Part shown: positions 13,706 to 25,822 of the stretch, piece by piece
Layout of the letters: each line of letters opens with the position of its first letter
Numbering within the stretch: the first letter of the stretch is position 1
Source: Escherichia coli
GTDB lineage: Bacteria > Pseudomonadota > Gammaproteobacteria > Enterobacterales > Enterobacteriaceae
Strand: one strand, 5' to 3'
Assembly: GCF_003334355.1 (NCBI RefSeq)
Contig: NZ_QOWP01000013.1
DNA: 64,000 bases
Made by a program: the position numbers and the translations under genes
Notes under the pieces: model-generated
What the model was told of the DNA's origin: nothing
The model's input: only the letters and a program-made list of their open reading frames with translations
Database searches by the model: none

Positions 13706-14665
13706 TTAGCGCGCGTTACGCAGCTTTTGCAAACAACGCTTCAAACCTTCATCCATCGGAGCTTCGATACGCATCACCTCACCGGTCCCCGGATGAGTAA
13801 ACTTCAACGCTGCAGCGTGCAGGAACAGGCGATTTAATCCCGTGCCTGCTTCAGTGAGCTGCCTGTCAAATTCACGGTCACCGTAGCGATCGTCAAAGGC
13901 AATCGGATGACCCGCATATTGTGTATGCACACGGATCTGGTGAGTACGCCCTGTTACCGGGCTACAACGCACCAGGGTGGCAAATGCATAGCGTTCTTCC
14001 ACTTTAAAGCGTGTTTCCGACGGTTTGCCTTCCTGACTCACACGCACGATACGTTCGCCGCTTTGCAGAATATTTTTCAGTAACGGTGCTTGAACGCTCT
14101 TCACATGCGACTGCCACTGACCGCGCACCAGCGCCAGGTAATCTTTTTGCATCCCTTTTTCACGTAATTGCTCATGCAGAGAACGCAACGCCGAGCGTTT
14201 TTTCGCTACCAGCAAAACACCTGAGGTGTCCCGGTCAAGACGATGAACCAGTTCAAGGAACCGCGCTTCCGGGCGCAACGCCCGCAAACCTTCAATAACG
14301 CCGAAGCTTAAACCACTGCCGCCATGTACCGCCGTACCGGAAGGTTTATTCAGCACCAGGATGTGATCATCTTCATATAAGATGACGTCCGCCAGCGCCG
14401 CCACCTTTTGCAGATGTGGCGAAACCGCCTCTTCTTCCCGCTCAGCAACGCGAACCGGTGGAATACGCACCTCATCACCCGCTTCGAGTTTATATTCAGG
14501 CTTAATACGTTTTTTGTTCACCCGCACTTCGCCTTTACGCAAAATACGGTAAATCATACTTTTTGGTACGCCTTTCAATTGGGTACGCAAAAAGTTATCG
14601 ATACGTTGCCCCGCTTCGTCAGCGGTGATAGCAACAATTTTTACGGATGGAGTCTCTGTTTTCAT
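13706..14665 (-). CDS. rluC: 23S rRNA pseudouridine synthase (RluA family)
   Basis: 319-aa ORF with N-terminal S4 RNA-binding domain and catalytic motif HRLDRDTSG. Confidence 0.94.
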   Translation of the reverse strand: MKTETPSVKIVAITADEAGQRIDNFLRTQLKGVPKSMIYRILRKGEVRVNKKRIKPEYKLEAGDEVRIPPVRVAEREEEAVSPHLQKVAALADVILYEDDHILVLNKPSGTAVHGGSGLSFGVIEGLRALRPEARFLELVHRLDRDTSGVLLVAKKRSALRSLHEQLREKGMQKDYLALVRGQWQSHVKSVQAPLLKNILQSGERIVRVSQEGKPSETRFKVEERYAFATLVRCSPVTGRTHQIRVHTQYAGHPIAFDDRYGDREFDRQLTEAGTGLNRLFLHAAALKFTHPGTGEVMRIEAPMDEGLKRCLQKLRNAR

Positions 14666-14869
14666 GGTTGGCGATTCTAATTAGCCAACAGGATTCGCGC
14701 CACTCATTTTTCTATGCTTATATTTACTTTTGCACCTTATTACTTCACTGCGTGATCACTTTATTGATGGTTATTAAACCAATCACCAGCAAGAAGTGAA
14801 AAAACTGTGAGTAAGCGGGTGATAAATGGTAAAAGTCATCTTGCTATAACAAGGCTTGCAGTGGAATAA

Positions 14870-15237
14870 TGAGGCCGTTTCCGTGTCCATCCTTGTTAAA
14901 ACAAGAAATTTTACGGAATAACCCATTTTGCCCGACCGATCATCCACGCAGCAATGGCGTAAGACGTATTGATCTTTCAGGCAGTTAGCGGGCTGCGGGT
15001 TGCAGTCCTTACCGGTAGATGGAAATATTTCTGGAGAGTAATACCCAGTCTGTTTCTTTGATAATTGCGCTGTTTTTCCGCATGAAAAACGGGCAACCGA
15101 CACTCTGCGCCTCTTTGAGCTGACGATAACCGTGAGGTTGGCGACGCGACTAGACACGAGGCCATCGGTTCACACCCGGAAAGGCGTTACTTTGCCCGCA
15201 GCTTAGTCGTCAATGTAAGAATAATGAGTAAGTTACG
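14870..15237 (+). promoter_or_regulatory. rne promoter-proximal region and long 5' leader
   Basis: About 570 bp of non-coding sequence upstream of rne; rne is known to carry a ~360-nt autoregulatory leader; boundaries approximate. Confidence 0.5.
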
Positions 15238-18200
15238 ATGAAAAGAATGTTAATCAACGCAACTCAGCAGGAAGAGTTGCGCGTTGCCCTTGTAGATGGG
15301 CAGCGTCTGTATGACCTGGATATCGAAAGTCCAGGGCACGAGCAGAAAAAGGCAAACATCTACAAAGGTAAAATCACCCGCATTGAACCGAGTCTGGAAG
15401 CTGCTTTTGTTGATTACGGCGCTGAACGTCACGGTTTCCTCCCACTAAAAGAAATTGCCCGCGAATATTTCCCTGCTAACTACAGTGCTCATGGTCGTCC
15501 CAACATTAAAGATGTGTTGCGTGAAGGTCAGGAAGTCATTGTTCAGATCGATAAAGAAGAGCGCGGCAACAAAGGCGCGGCATTAACCACCTTTATCAGT
15601 CTGGCGGGTAGCTATCTGGTTCTGATGCCGAACAACCCGCGCGCGGGTGGCATTTCTCGCCGTATCGAAGGCGACGACCGTACCGAATTAAAAGAAGCAC
15701 TGGCAAGCCTTGAACTGCCGGAAGGCATGGGGCTTATCGTGCGCACCGCTGGCGTCGGCAAATCTGCTGAGGCGCTGCAATGGGATTTAAGCTTCCGTCT
15801 GAAACACTGGGAAGCCATCAAAAAAGCCGCTGAAAGCCGCCCGGCCCCGTTCCTGATTCATCAGGAGAGCAACGTAATCGTTCGCGCATTCCGCGATTAC
15901 TTACGTCAGGACATCGGCGAAATCCTTATCGATAACCCGAAAGTGCTCGAACTGGCACGTCAGCATATCGCTGCATTAGGTCGCCCGGATTTCAGCAGCA
16001 AAATCAAACTGTACACCGGCGAGATCCCGCTGTTCAGCCACTACCAGATCGAGTCACAGATCGAGTCCGCCTTCCAGCGTGAAGTTCGTCTGCCGTCTGG
16101 TGGTTCCATTGTTATCGACAGCACCGAAGCGTTAACGGCCATCGACATCAACTCCGCACGCGCGACCCGCGGCGGCGATATCGAAGAAACCGCGTTTAAC
16201 ACTAACCTCGAAGCTGCCGATGAGATTGCTCGTCAGCTGCGCCTGCGTGACCTCGGCGGCCTGATTGTTATCGACTTCATCGACATGACGCCAGTACGCC
16301 ACCAGCGTGCGGTAGAAAACCGTCTGCGTGAAGCGGTGCGTCAGGACCGTGCGCGTATTCAAATCAGCCATATTTCTCGCTTTGGCCTGCTGGAAATGTC
16401 CCGTCAGCGCCTGAGCCCATCACTGGGTGAATCCAGCCATCACGTCTGCCCGCGCTGCTCCGGTACCGGTACCGTGCGTGACAACGAATCGCTGTCGCTC
16501 TCTATTCTGCGTCTGATCGAAGAAGAAGCGCTGAAAGAGAACACCCAGGAAGTTCACGCCATTGTTCCTGTGCCAATCGCTTCTTATCTGCTGAATGAAA
16601 AACGTTCTGCGGTGAATGCCATTGAAACGCGTCAGGACGGTGTTCGCTGCGTGATTGTGCCAAACGATCAGATGGAAACCCCGCACTACCACGTGCTGCG
16701 CGTGCGTAAAGGGGAAGAAACGCCGACCTTAAGCTACATGCTGCCGAAGCTGCATGAAGAAGCGATGGCGCTGCCGTCTGAAGAAGAGTTCGCTGAACGT
16801 AAGCGTCCGGAACAACCTGCGCTGGCAACCTTTGCCATGCCGGATGTGCCGCCAGCGCCAACCCCAGCTGAACCTGCCGCGCCTGTCGTAGCCCCAGCAC
16901 CTAAATCTGCACCGGCAACACCAGCCGCTCCTGCCCAACCTGGGCTGTTGAGCCGCTTCTTCGGCGCACTGAAAGCGCTGTTCAGCGGTGGTGAAGAAAC
17001 CAAACCGTCCGAGCAACCAACACCGAAAGCAGAAGCGAAACCGGAACGTCAACAGGATCGTCGCAAGCCTCGTCAGAACAACCGCCGTGACCGTAATGAG
17101 CGCCGCGACACCCGTAGTGAACGTACTGAAGGCAGCGATAATCGCGAAGAAAACCGTCGTAATCGCCGCCAGGCACAGCAGCAGACTGCCGAGACGCGTG
17201 AGAGCCGTCAGCAGGCTGAGGTAACGGAAAAAGCGCGTACCACCGACGAGCAGCAAGCGCCGCGTCGTGAACGTAGCCGCCGCCGTAATGATGATAAACG
17301 TCAGGCGCAACAAGAAGCGAAGGCGCTGAATGTTGAAGAGCAATCTGTTCAGGAAACCGAACAGGAAGAACGTGTACGTCCGGTTCAGCCGCGTCGTAAA
17401 CAGCGTCAGCTCAATCAGAAAGTGCGTTACGAGCAAAGCGTAGCCGAAGAAGCGGTAGTCGCACCGGTGGTTGAAGAAACTGTCGCTGCCGAACCAATTG
17501 TTCAGGAAGCGCCAGCTCCACGCACAGAACTGGTGAAAGTCCCGCTGCCAGTCGTAGCGCAAACTGCACCAGAACAGCAAGAAGAGAACAATGCTGATAA
17601 CCGTGACAACGGTGGCATGCCGCGTCGTTCTCGCCGCTCGCCTCGTCACCTGCGCGTAAGTGGTCAGCGTCGTCGTCGCTATCGTGACGAGCGTTATCCA
17701 ACCCAGTCGCCAATGCCGTTGACCGTAGCGTGCGCGTCTCCGGAACTGGCCTCTGGCAAAGTCTGGATCCGCTATCCAATTGTACGTCCGCAAGATGTAC
17801 AGGTTGAAGAGCAGCGCGAACAGGAAGAAGTACATGTGCAGCCGATGGTGACTGAGGTCCCTGTCGCCGCCGCTATCGAACCGGTTGTTAGCGCGCCAGT
17901 TGTTGAAGAAGTGGCCGGTGTCGTAGAAGCCCCCGTTCAGGTTGCCGAACCGCAACCGGAAGTGGTTGAAACGACGCATCCTGAAGTGATTGCTGCCGCG
18001 GTAACTGAACAGCCGCAGGTGATTACCGAGTCTGATATTGCCGTAGCCCAGGAAGTTGCAGAACAAGCAGAACCGGTGGTTGAACCGCAGGAAGAGACGG
18101 CAGATATTGAAGAAGTTGTCGAAACTGCTGAGGTTGTAGTTGCTGAACCTGAAATTGTTGCTCAACCTGCCGCGCCAGTAGTCGCTGAAGTCGCAGCAGA

Positions 18201-18423
18201 AGTTGAAACGGTAGCTGCGGTCGAACCTGAGGTCACCGTTGAGCATAACCACGCTACCGCGCCAATGACGCGCGCTCCAGCACCGGAATATGTTCCGGAG
18301 GCACCGCGTCACAGTGACTGGCAGCGCCCTACTTTTGCCTTCGAAGGTAAAGGTGCCGCAGGTGGTCATACGGCAACACATCATGCCTCTGCCGCTCCTG
18401 CGCGTCCGCAACCTGTTGAGTAA
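15238..18423 (+). CDS. rne: Ribonuclease E
   Basis: 1061-aa ORF with N-terminal S1/catalytic domain, Arg-rich RNA-binding segment and acidic, Pro/Glu/Ala/Val-rich C-terminal scaffold. Confidence 0.97.
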   Translation: MKRMLINATQQEELRVALVDGQRLYDLDIESPGHEQKKANIYKGKITRIEPSLEAAFVDYGAERHGFLPLKEIAREYFPANYSAHGRPNIKDVLREGQEVIVQIDKEERGNKGAALTTFISLAGSYLVLMPNNPRAGGISRRIEGDDRTELKEALASLELPEGMGLIVRTAGVGKSAEALQWDLSFRLKHWEAIKKAAESRPAPFLIHQESNVIVRAFRDYLRQDIGEILIDNPKVLELARQHIAALGRPDFSSKIKLYTGEIPLFSHYQIESQIESAFQREVRLPSGGSIVIDSTEALTAIDINSARATRGGDIEETAFNTNLEAADEIARQLRLRDLGGLIVIDFIDMTPVRHQRAVENRLREAVRQDRARIQISHISRFGLLEMSRQRLSPSLGESSHHVCPRCSGTGTVRDNESLSLSILRLIEEEALKENTQEVHAIVPVPIASYLLNEKRSAVNAIETRQDGVRCVIVPNDQMETPHYHVLRVRKGEETPTLSYMLPKLHEEAMALPSEEEFAERKRPEQPALATFAMPDVPPAPTPAEPAAPVVAPAPKSAPATPAAPAQPGLLSRFFGALKALFSGGEETKPSEQPTPKAEAKPERQQDRRKPRQNNRRDRNERRDTRSERTEGSDNREENRRNRRQAQQQTAETRESRQQAEVTEKARTTDEQQAPRRERSRRRNDDKRQAQQEAKALNVEEQSVQETEQEERVRPVQPRRKQRQLNQKVRYEQSVAEEAVVAPVVEETVAAEPIVQEAPAPRTELVKVPLPVVAQTAPEQQEENNADNRDNGGMPRRSRRSPRHLRVSGQRRRRYRDERYPTQSPMPLTVACASPELASGKVWIRYPIVRPQDVQVEEQREQEEVHVQPMVTEVPVAAAIEPVVSAPVVEEVAGVVEAPVQVAEPQPEVVETTHPEVIAAAVTEQPQVITESDIAVAQEVAEQAEPVVEPQEETADIEEVVETAEVVVAEPEIVAQPAAPVVAEVAAEVETVAAVEPEVTVEHNHATAPMTRAPAPEYVPEAPRHSDWQRPTFAFEGKGAAGGHTATHHASAAPARPQPVE

Positions 18424-18443
18424 TAATTAGCTCAAAGTAATCA

Positions 18444-18470
18444 AGCCCTGGTAACTGCCAGGGCTTTTTT
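18444..18470 (+). terminator. Rho-independent terminator of rne
   Basis: Hairpin agccctgg-taac-tgccagggct followed by tttttt directly after the rne stop. Confidence 0.75.
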
Positions 18471-18618
18471 ATTTCATCTTTGAATCAACATATTAAAATT
18501 CATCGAATGGCATCCTTGCTAACCAACAATGCAAAATAGGCAAAAAAATGCCCGCCCCAGCGATCCCAGAGCAGGCAGACAAAACATACCCAGTTTCATG
18601 ATATGTTTTAAAGCGAAA

Positions 18619-19572
18619 TTATTTGTTGAGCTGGAAGAGCGACAATCCCTGCATATCGGTAAATGCTTTATACGATGCCTGCAATGCCGTTTGCTGCATG
18701 ATGTAAGATGAAATAGTTGCATTCCAATCCACATCAACCAGATCGCTCATCTGCTGCGTTTGCCCTAAAGCGCGATCGCTACCTAATGAATCCAGCGACT
18801 CCAGTTCGTTCAGCTGCGTGCCTAATTCCGCGCGAACAGTCAGCACATTGTTCAGCGAGTTTTTCAGTCCGCGGTTGGTTTTATCTAACGCCGCAGCGGC
18901 GGTTTCTTTATCCGCTTCGCTATCCGCGACCGGCGTTTTCAGGGCTGCGATGGCACTATCCAGCATGGCAAAAAGATTGGTTTCAGAAGCGCTACCGTCT
19001 GGTTCCGCTACCGCGTTGCTGGTAATACTGTCGAAAATTTTGTCACCCGTGTGCCCTATCACCATCGAACGCGAAGCATCGACCTGTTGCTTAATACTTT
19101 CTGTTCCGCCGACATAATCACCGTTAGCCTCACTAAACGGCGCAGTTTCTGTTTTATAACCGGCAAAAATGTAACGCCCGTTACCGTCAGTGGTGTTCGC
19201 CAGATTCAGCAACTGGTCACGAAGCCCCTGAATATCCGTAGCCAGCGAGGCCCGGTCATCGTCACTCAAGGTGCCATTGCTGGCGTAGACAATTTTTTCC
19301 TGAGCATTCTGGATAGCAGTGGTGACCTGGCTAAGTACACTCTCTTCCAGTGACACTTTTTGAGTGGCGAAAGTACGTGCCAGCGTGTACTGGCTGTTTT
19401 GCGCCTGTGCCTGGGAGAGAACTACGGCTTGTGATGCTGCAATGGGATCGTCAGAAGGGTTAACGACTCGCTTACCTGTCGACATCTGCTCGCCGTACTT
19501 CATCCATTCTGCCTGAGAATTGGTGATGCCACGCATGTTTTGCTGGTACATCATCTGGGTACTGAAACGCAT
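18619..19572 (-). CDS. flgL: Flagellar hook-associated protein 3
   Basis: 317-aa flagellin-like ORF with conserved N- and C-terminal helical segments. Confidence 0.94.
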   Translation of the reverse strand: MRFSTQMMYQQNMRGITNSQAEWMKYGEQMSTGKRVVNPSDDPIAASQAVVLSQAQAQNSQYTLARTFATQKVSLEESVLSQVTTAIQNAQEKIVYASNGTLSDDDRASLATDIQGLRDQLLNLANTTDGNGRYIFAGYKTETAPFSEANGDYVGGTESIKQQVDASRSMVIGHTGDKIFDSITSNAVAEPDGSASETNLFAMLDSAIAALKTPVADSEADKETAAAALDKTNRGLKNSLNNVLTVRAELGTQLNELESLDSLGSDRALGQTQQMSDLVDVDWNATISSYIMQQTALQASYKAFTDMQGLSLFQLNK

Positions 19573-19583
19573 CTTATCTCCCC

Positions 19584-21227
19584 TTAGCGAATGTTAATCA
19601 GCGCATCAAAAATCGCGTTTGCCGTCTGCAGAACCTGCGCATTCGCCAGGTAATACTGCTGAAAACGTTGCAGATTTCCGTACTCCTCATCGAGATTGAC
19701 ACCGGAAATCGACTGCTGCTGATTGGAAAGCTGCGTCACCACATTACCTTGCGTGGTGCTACTGGTTTTCAACGTCGCGGTTTTATTACCGATATCACTC
19801 ACTAACGAGGCATAAGCGTCGTTAAAGGATTTCGCACCGCCCACCGTTTTACTGTTGCTTTGCAGATCCAGCAGGGCCTGACCGTTGCGGTTGTCGCTAT
19901 CACCCGCATCTTCTTCGCTCGCCATCGCGATTTTCGCTTCGTCGGTGATTAATACATCCATGTTGACGATGGCGTCACTTACTGGTTTCAGCGTGAAGCT
20001 GTCGTTAACGGCAGGCGTTCCTGTAAACGTCAACTCCAGACCATCAAATGCCACTTTACCGTTGGCATCCAGCGTCACCGTAAAAGTGGTATTGCTGGCA
20101 AGGCGGGTGACCTGCCACTGATTATTATCGAACGAGATTTTGTAATCTGTCGCCAGTACCGCGGAGGCATCAGTTACCGTGGCACCGATCGCAACGTCAC
20201 CTTTGTTTTTCGTGTTTTGCAGAACCGCGGGCTTACCGATAGCAAAGAAATCTTCACCGGCATCGCCGTTAGCATCAAATCCGGCTTTGTGTTGGGTGTT
20301 GAAAGCCTCGGCAAATGCCAGCGCCAGTTGTCCAAGCGTATTACGCGTCTGGTCCAGATCCTGAGAACGGAATGTCAGAATGCCGCCCAGCGACCCGGTA
20401 TTCAGTAATTTCTCCGGGATCTCAATATTGCCTGCCGTCCCATCAACATAAGCGACAGTCGTACGAGAAGGGTCAGCGCTGGAAGGAACTGCCGCCAGTT
20501 GCCGCGCCGTACTTCCCTGAACCAGTGAGTAACCATTGGCCATCGTGATGTTATAAGTGCCGCCATCCTGAACGCTGACTTCTACACCAACAATCTGGTT
20601 TAATTCGCTCACCAGTTGATCGCGTTGATCCAGCAGATTGTTAGGTGACGCCCCTGCCCCCACGCCTGTCAGGCGCGAGATTTGATCGTTCAGGCTGGCA
20701 ATTTGTTTAGCGTAGTTGTTGATCTGATCAACGCTGGCACCTATCGCGATATTGACCTGTTTGTCCTGGTCGCGCAGATATTGATCGGTGGTTTTAAACT
20801 GATTCACCAATCCTTCTGATTTCCCAATCAGCGCCTGGCGCGCTGCCGGGTCTTCCGCGTTACTCACCAGCGTTTGCAGGCTGGTGAAGAAATCCTGCAT
20901 CTGTGTTGCCAGCGAAGAGGTACTGGTGGAGAGCATATTGTCGATTTTCGACATCTGCTCATAGCGGGCAGTCAGACCGCTACTTTGCGTCTGCGCCGCA
21001 CGTAACTGGTTGGTAATAAACGCATCATACTCACGCTGCACACCAGAATCGTAGACACCATTGCCAACCCAGCCGCCAGCGCCCAACGTGCTATTGGCCT
21101 GCGCCATAATAGTGGTTTGGCGGGTATATCCGGCAACGTTATAGCTGGAGATATTATTACTTGCCGTATTTAACGCCGCCTGGGCCGCGTTCAGTCCGCT
21201 CATGGCGTTATTAATCAAGCTGGACAT
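19584..21227 (-). CDS. flgK: Flagellar hook-associated protein 1
   Basis: 547-aa ORF with flagellar rod/hook N-terminal consensus (MSSLINNAMSGLNAAQ...). Confidence 0.95.
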   Translation of the reverse strand: MSSLINNAMSGLNAAQAALNTASNNISSYNVAGYTRQTTIMAQANSTLGAGGWVGNGVYDSGVQREYDAFITNQLRAAQTQSSGLTARYEQMSKIDNMLSTSTSSLATQMQDFFTSLQTLVSNAEDPAARQALIGKSEGLVNQFKTTDQYLRDQDKQVNIAIGASVDQINNYAKQIASLNDQISRLTGVGAGASPNNLLDQRDQLVSELNQIVGVEVSVQDGGTYNITMANGYSLVQGSTARQLAAVPSSADPSRTTVAYVDGTAGNIEIPEKLLNTGSLGGILTFRSQDLDQTRNTLGQLALAFAEAFNTQHKAGFDANGDAGEDFFAIGKPAVLQNTKNKGDVAIGATVTDASAVLATDYKISFDNNQWQVTRLASNTTFTVTLDANGKVAFDGLELTFTGTPAVNDSFTLKPVSDAIVNMDVLITDEAKIAMASEEDAGDSDNRNGQALLDLQSNSKTVGGAKSFNDAYASLVSDIGNKTATLKTSSTTQGNVVTQLSNQQQSISGVNLDEEYGNLQRFQQYYLANAQVLQTANAIFDALINIR

Positions 21228-21260
21228 GGAGGTTCCTTATAAGCCTTCAATTACAGAGTA

Positions 21261-21288
21261 TTATCGGCAGCGACCCGCCGGACTTGAG
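21261..21288 (-). promoter_or_regulatory. Candidate sigma-28 promoter for flgKL
   Basis: Minus strand reads TCAAGTCC-N11-GCCGATAA; the -10 element matches the sigma-28 consensus exactly, the -35 partially. Confidence 0.55.
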
Positions 21289-21292
21289 TTAT

Positions 21293-22234
21293 TCAGAACA
21301 GATTATCAATGTTCATACTGTAGGTTTTGCTCACCTTGTCGCTTATCGATTTCATCTGCTGAATCATGTTGGTGAGTTTGCGGGCATAGTGAGGATCGGT
21401 GGCATAGCCCGCGTCCTGTAGGGCCTGCGCCCCCTGTTCCGCACTCGCGGCGGTCGTCACGGCGGCGTAGCGCGGGTTACGCGTTAACAGCCCAACGTAA
21501 TCCGACAAGGCTTCCAGATACGAGCTGTAGACGCGAAACTTCGCTTTTACTTTCTTCGCTTCGCCGTTTTCATATTCAGTCGTGGTGATTTCAGTAACTG
21601 GCCCTTTCCAGTTGCCAGAGGCTTTGACACCAAACAGGTTATAGCTCGGCTCGCCGTTTTCGCGGCGGATTTGCCGTTGCCCCCAACCAGATTCCAGTGC
21701 CGCCTGAGCGAGGATCAAATGATGTGGCACACCGCTTTGCTGGCTTGCCAGTTGGGCGGGCAGCGAGAGTTGCGCGAGGAATGCTTTACTGTCACCCGGC
21801 AGCGAATCATCGTAGTTACGTGGCACGGCCTTTTGCACCAGCTGCGAAAGCGCCTGATTTTGATAACGCACCACAGTTTCGAGCGGGAATTTCATCGGTG
21901 CTGCTGGCGTGGACTCCTCTGGCAATGGTTGTTCTGGCGTCATCTGTTTAACCATCATCTCTGCAAGCCCCAGACCTTTGCCCGCCGTCATCTGTTGGGC
22001 AATCTGCTGGTCATACATACTGGTATACAGGCGAGTGTGCTCGCTGCTGAACAGGCCATCTTTTGGTAAAGCGTCGCGCATGCTTTTCAACATCATCTGC
22101 ACGAACATCCCTTCCACCTGACGGGCCACCGGACGGATATTTGCCGCCGGATCTTCGCCCGCTTTCGCCTTTAGTTCGTTGAGTGATTGCGCATCCCAGG
22201 CCGCACTTGCCAGTAGTTTGCTGTCGCTGATCAT
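21293..22234 (-). CDS. flgJ: Flagellar rod-assembly protein / peptidoglycan hydrolase
   Basis: Start placed at internal Met ([16 protein letters not shown]...) to give 313 aa; C-terminal muramidase domain. Confidence 0.9.
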   Translation of the reverse strand: MISDSKLLASAAWDAQSLNELKAKAGEDPAANIRPVARQVEGMFVQMMLKSMRDALPKDGLFSSEHTRLYTSMYDQQIAQQMTAGKGLGLAEMMVKQMTPEQPLPEESTPAAPMKFPLETVVRYQNQALSQLVQKAVPRNYDDSLPGDSKAFLAQLSLPAQLASQQSGVPHHLILAQAALESGWGQRQIRRENGEPSYNLFGVKASGNWKGPVTEITTTEYENGEAKKVKAKFRVYSSYLEALSDYVGLLTRNPRYAAVTTAASAEQGAQALQDAGYATDPHYARKLTNMIQQMKSISDKVSKTYSMNIDNLF

Positions 22235-23331
22235 CAGATGATTTCCAGTTTTGCCCGCAGACATCCCGCACTTTGCATTGATTGCAGTATGGACATCAGA
22301 TCCATCGGCGTAGCGCCCAGCGCATTGAGCGCGCGCACCACGTTATTGAGGCTGGCGCTGGAACGTACGCTTTGCAGCGAACCGCCGCTCTGGCGTAAAT
22401 CGATCTGCGTTTGTGGAGTAACCACAGTCTGTCCACCACCAAACGGTGTATCTGGCTGGCTGACATTGGCCTGACGATTAACTGTTACTGAGAGATTCCC
22501 CTGCGCTACCGCGCAGCTGTCGAGGGTCACTTCGCGATTCATCACCACCGAACCGGTGCGCGAGTTAATCACTACTTTAGCGTCCTGCGGGGTGACATTA
22601 ACCTGCATATTCTGAATATCGGCAAGGAAGCGGACCTGGGAACTGTTGCCACTCGGTACGCGCACCTGAATAGTCCGCGCATCTAACGCGGTGGCGCTGC
22701 CATATCCACGCACGCGGTTGATGGTGTCAGCGATTTGCTGCGCCATGCTGAAATCTTCGTCGTTAAGTTGCAAATTAAGGGTATTCCCGACGCCAAACTG
22801 GCTGGGCAATTCACGTTCAATAACCGCACCATTGGTGATCCGTCCACCGTTCAGTTGGTTAACCTGAACACTGCTACCGCCAGCGGAGGCTCCTGCGCCG
22901 CCAACCAGAATATTGCCCTGCGCCAGCGCATACACCTGACTGTCAACGCCCTTAAGCGGTGTCATCAACAACGTACCTCCACGCAAGCTTTTGGCATTTC
23001 CCATGGAAGAAACCACCACATCGATGGTTTGCCCCTGACGTCCAAACGGAGGAAGTGACGCTGTCACCATTACCGCAGCGACGTTTTTTAGCTGCATATT
23101 GGTGCCCGTCGGAACGGTAATTCCCAGCTGTGAGAGCATGTTATTAAGCGTTTGTGTGGTAAACGGCGTCTGTGTTGTCTGGTCACCGGTGCCATCCAGC
23201 CCCACCACCAGACCATAGCCAATCAGTGAGTTTTGCCTTACCCCCTGAACACTGGTGAGATCGCGAATACGCTCAGCCTGAGCCGCCGTCGTGACCAGTA
23301 GAAGAATTAATGCAGAGAGAAATTTAATCAC
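22234..23331 (-). CDS. flgI: Flagellar P-ring protein
   Basis: ORF with signal peptide ([18 protein letters not shown]); start taken at the second GTG of the frame to give the expected 365 aa. Confidence 0.92.
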
Positions 23332-23342
23332 CACAGCCTCAC

Positions 23343-24041
23343 TTACATTGGCGACAGGTTAAGGAAGAAACGCTGCAACCAGCCCATATTTTGCGCTTCG
23401 TTAATGTAGCCATTGCCTACGTATTCAATGCGCGCATCCGCCACCTGAGTAGACGGTACGGTATTGCTGCCGCTGATAGTGCGTGGATTAACCACGCCAG
23501 AGAAGCGAATAAATTCGGTACCCTGATTAATGGCAATCTGTTTTTCACCCACCACATGCAGGTTGCCGTTGACCAGTACCTGGTCAACCGTCACCGTCAA
23601 CGTGCCGCTAAAGGTATTGCTGGCATTGGCCCCGCCCTTTCCGTTGAACGTGTTACCACCGGAGGCTTCGACATCGGCACGAGCGTTACCAAACAGCCCC
23701 TGCAAATAGCGCGGCACAGTATCAAAGCCAAAATTAGTTTTACCGTCACGGCTGGCATTCGCAGAGGAGCTTTTGCTGGCGCTGACGTTCTCCTGCAACA
23801 CGATGGTCAGCGTATCGCCAATATTGCGTGGTCGACGATCTTCAAACAGCGGTTGATAGCCATAGTTAATCGGCTGAGCAGACTGGAAAATAGAACCGTT
23901 GGCGACGGGCGTCGGACCGGGAACCGGTTGTGCACTGGTCGCCCCCTGCACCAGCGGCGTGGAGGGTATCCAGGCGCAGCCGGTTAGTGAAAGCACCAAC
24001 AAGCTGGAAATGGCATAAGTATGCGCAGCGTTTTTTTGCAT
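23343..24041 (-). CDS. flgH: Flagellar L-ring lipoprotein
   Basis: Start placed at internal Met to give 232 aa; lipobox LTGC in the signal peptide. Confidence 0.92.
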
Positions 24042-24093
24042 GGCTATCATCTTCAAAAATCAGTAAACCGGTGAACCTGCCACCGGTTAAGCC

Positions 24094-24894
<801 letters not shown>

Positions 24895-24920
24895 TTAGTG
24901 ACAAAGTGCATATGTCTTCT

Positions 24921-24956
<36 letters not shown>

Positions 24957-25047
24957 AGTGCTCGCAAAATCGATAAATTGCGATTGCCCCCATAGACCCG
25001 ATAAACTTGCGCATCGGGCAACTTATACTTGTCATGTATCCTTTCAA

Positions 25048-25803
25048 TTAACTCATCGACAGCAGTTGGTTGGCACGGCCTGCGTTATCATCGACGCTGC
25101 TGATCACCTTCATCTGCATTTCAAAACGCCGCGCGCTGGCAATCATGTCGCTCATTGCCGCAACGGCATTGACGTTACTGCCTTCCAGAACCCCCGACAT
25201 CACACGCAAGGTTGGATCTGCCTGCAGTACCGGCCCACGCGTGGCCTGGGTTTCTGCGCTTAAACGAAAAATGCCGTCGTCACCGCGCTGCACTTCGCTG
25301 CCCGTGGCTTTCACCAGTTTAAGACGCCCTACTGGCGCAACCGTATTTGCCGGATCGCCCGGATTGAGCGCCGAGATTGTGCCATCGGCAGCAATAGTGA
25401 TTTCCGCCCCTTCCGGCACAGCAATTGGCCCAGCCTCGCCTATCACCGGATGCCCCTGAATTGTCAGTTGCCCGGTGGGATCAACCTGAATGCTGCCATT
25501 ACGCGTATACCCTTCGCTGCCGTCAGCGGACTGCACGGCCAGCCAGCCATCCTGCTGCAACGCAACGTCCAGCGGGCGCGAGGTGTAATCCATCTTGCCG
25601 GGCGTCATGTCTGCACCCGGTGTTGACGCCGTTACCAGCGTGCGCGTGGGCAGTGAAAGCCCTTCCACCGGCACTGCACGCAAGGCGTTTAACTGCGCGC
25701 GAAAACCGGGCGTAGAGGCATTGGCCAGATTACTGGCGGTTACCGCCTGTTGATTCAGCGTCTGGCTGGCTGCTCCCATCGCGGTATAAATTGCGTGATC
25801 CAT
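25048..25803 (-). CDS. flgF: Flagellar proximal rod protein
   Basis: 251-aa rod-family ORF. Confidence 0.94.
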   Translation of the reverse strand: MDHAIYTAMGAASQTLNQQAVTASNLANASTPGFRAQLNALRAVPVEGLSLPTRTLVTASTPGADMTPGKMDYTSRPLDVALQQDGWLAVQSADGSEGYTRNGSIQVDPTGQLTIQGHPVIGEAGPIAVPEGAEITIAADGTISALNPGDPANTVAPVGRLKLVKATGSEVQRGDDGIFRLSAETQATRGPVLQADPTLRVMSGVLEGSNVNAVAAMSDMIASARRFEMQMKVISSVDDNAGRANQLLSMS

Positions 25804-25822
25804 TGAGCTATCCCGTCAGCGA

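Noticed and set aside
14783-15157. 124-aa minus-strand ORF in the rne leader (yceQ-like)
   Set aside because: Sits on the opposite strand of a known structured 5' leader and has an unusual Cys/Arg-rich composition; treated as probably non-coding, though not excluded.
16729-18411. 560-aa minus-strand ORF antisense to rne
   Set aside because: Lies wholly inside the well-supported rne CDS; the product would be Arg/Cys/Phe-rich low-complexity sequence; explained by codon bias of the rne C-terminal region.
23391-23987. 198-aa plus-strand ORF antisense to flgH
   Set aside because: Nested within flgH; no independent support.
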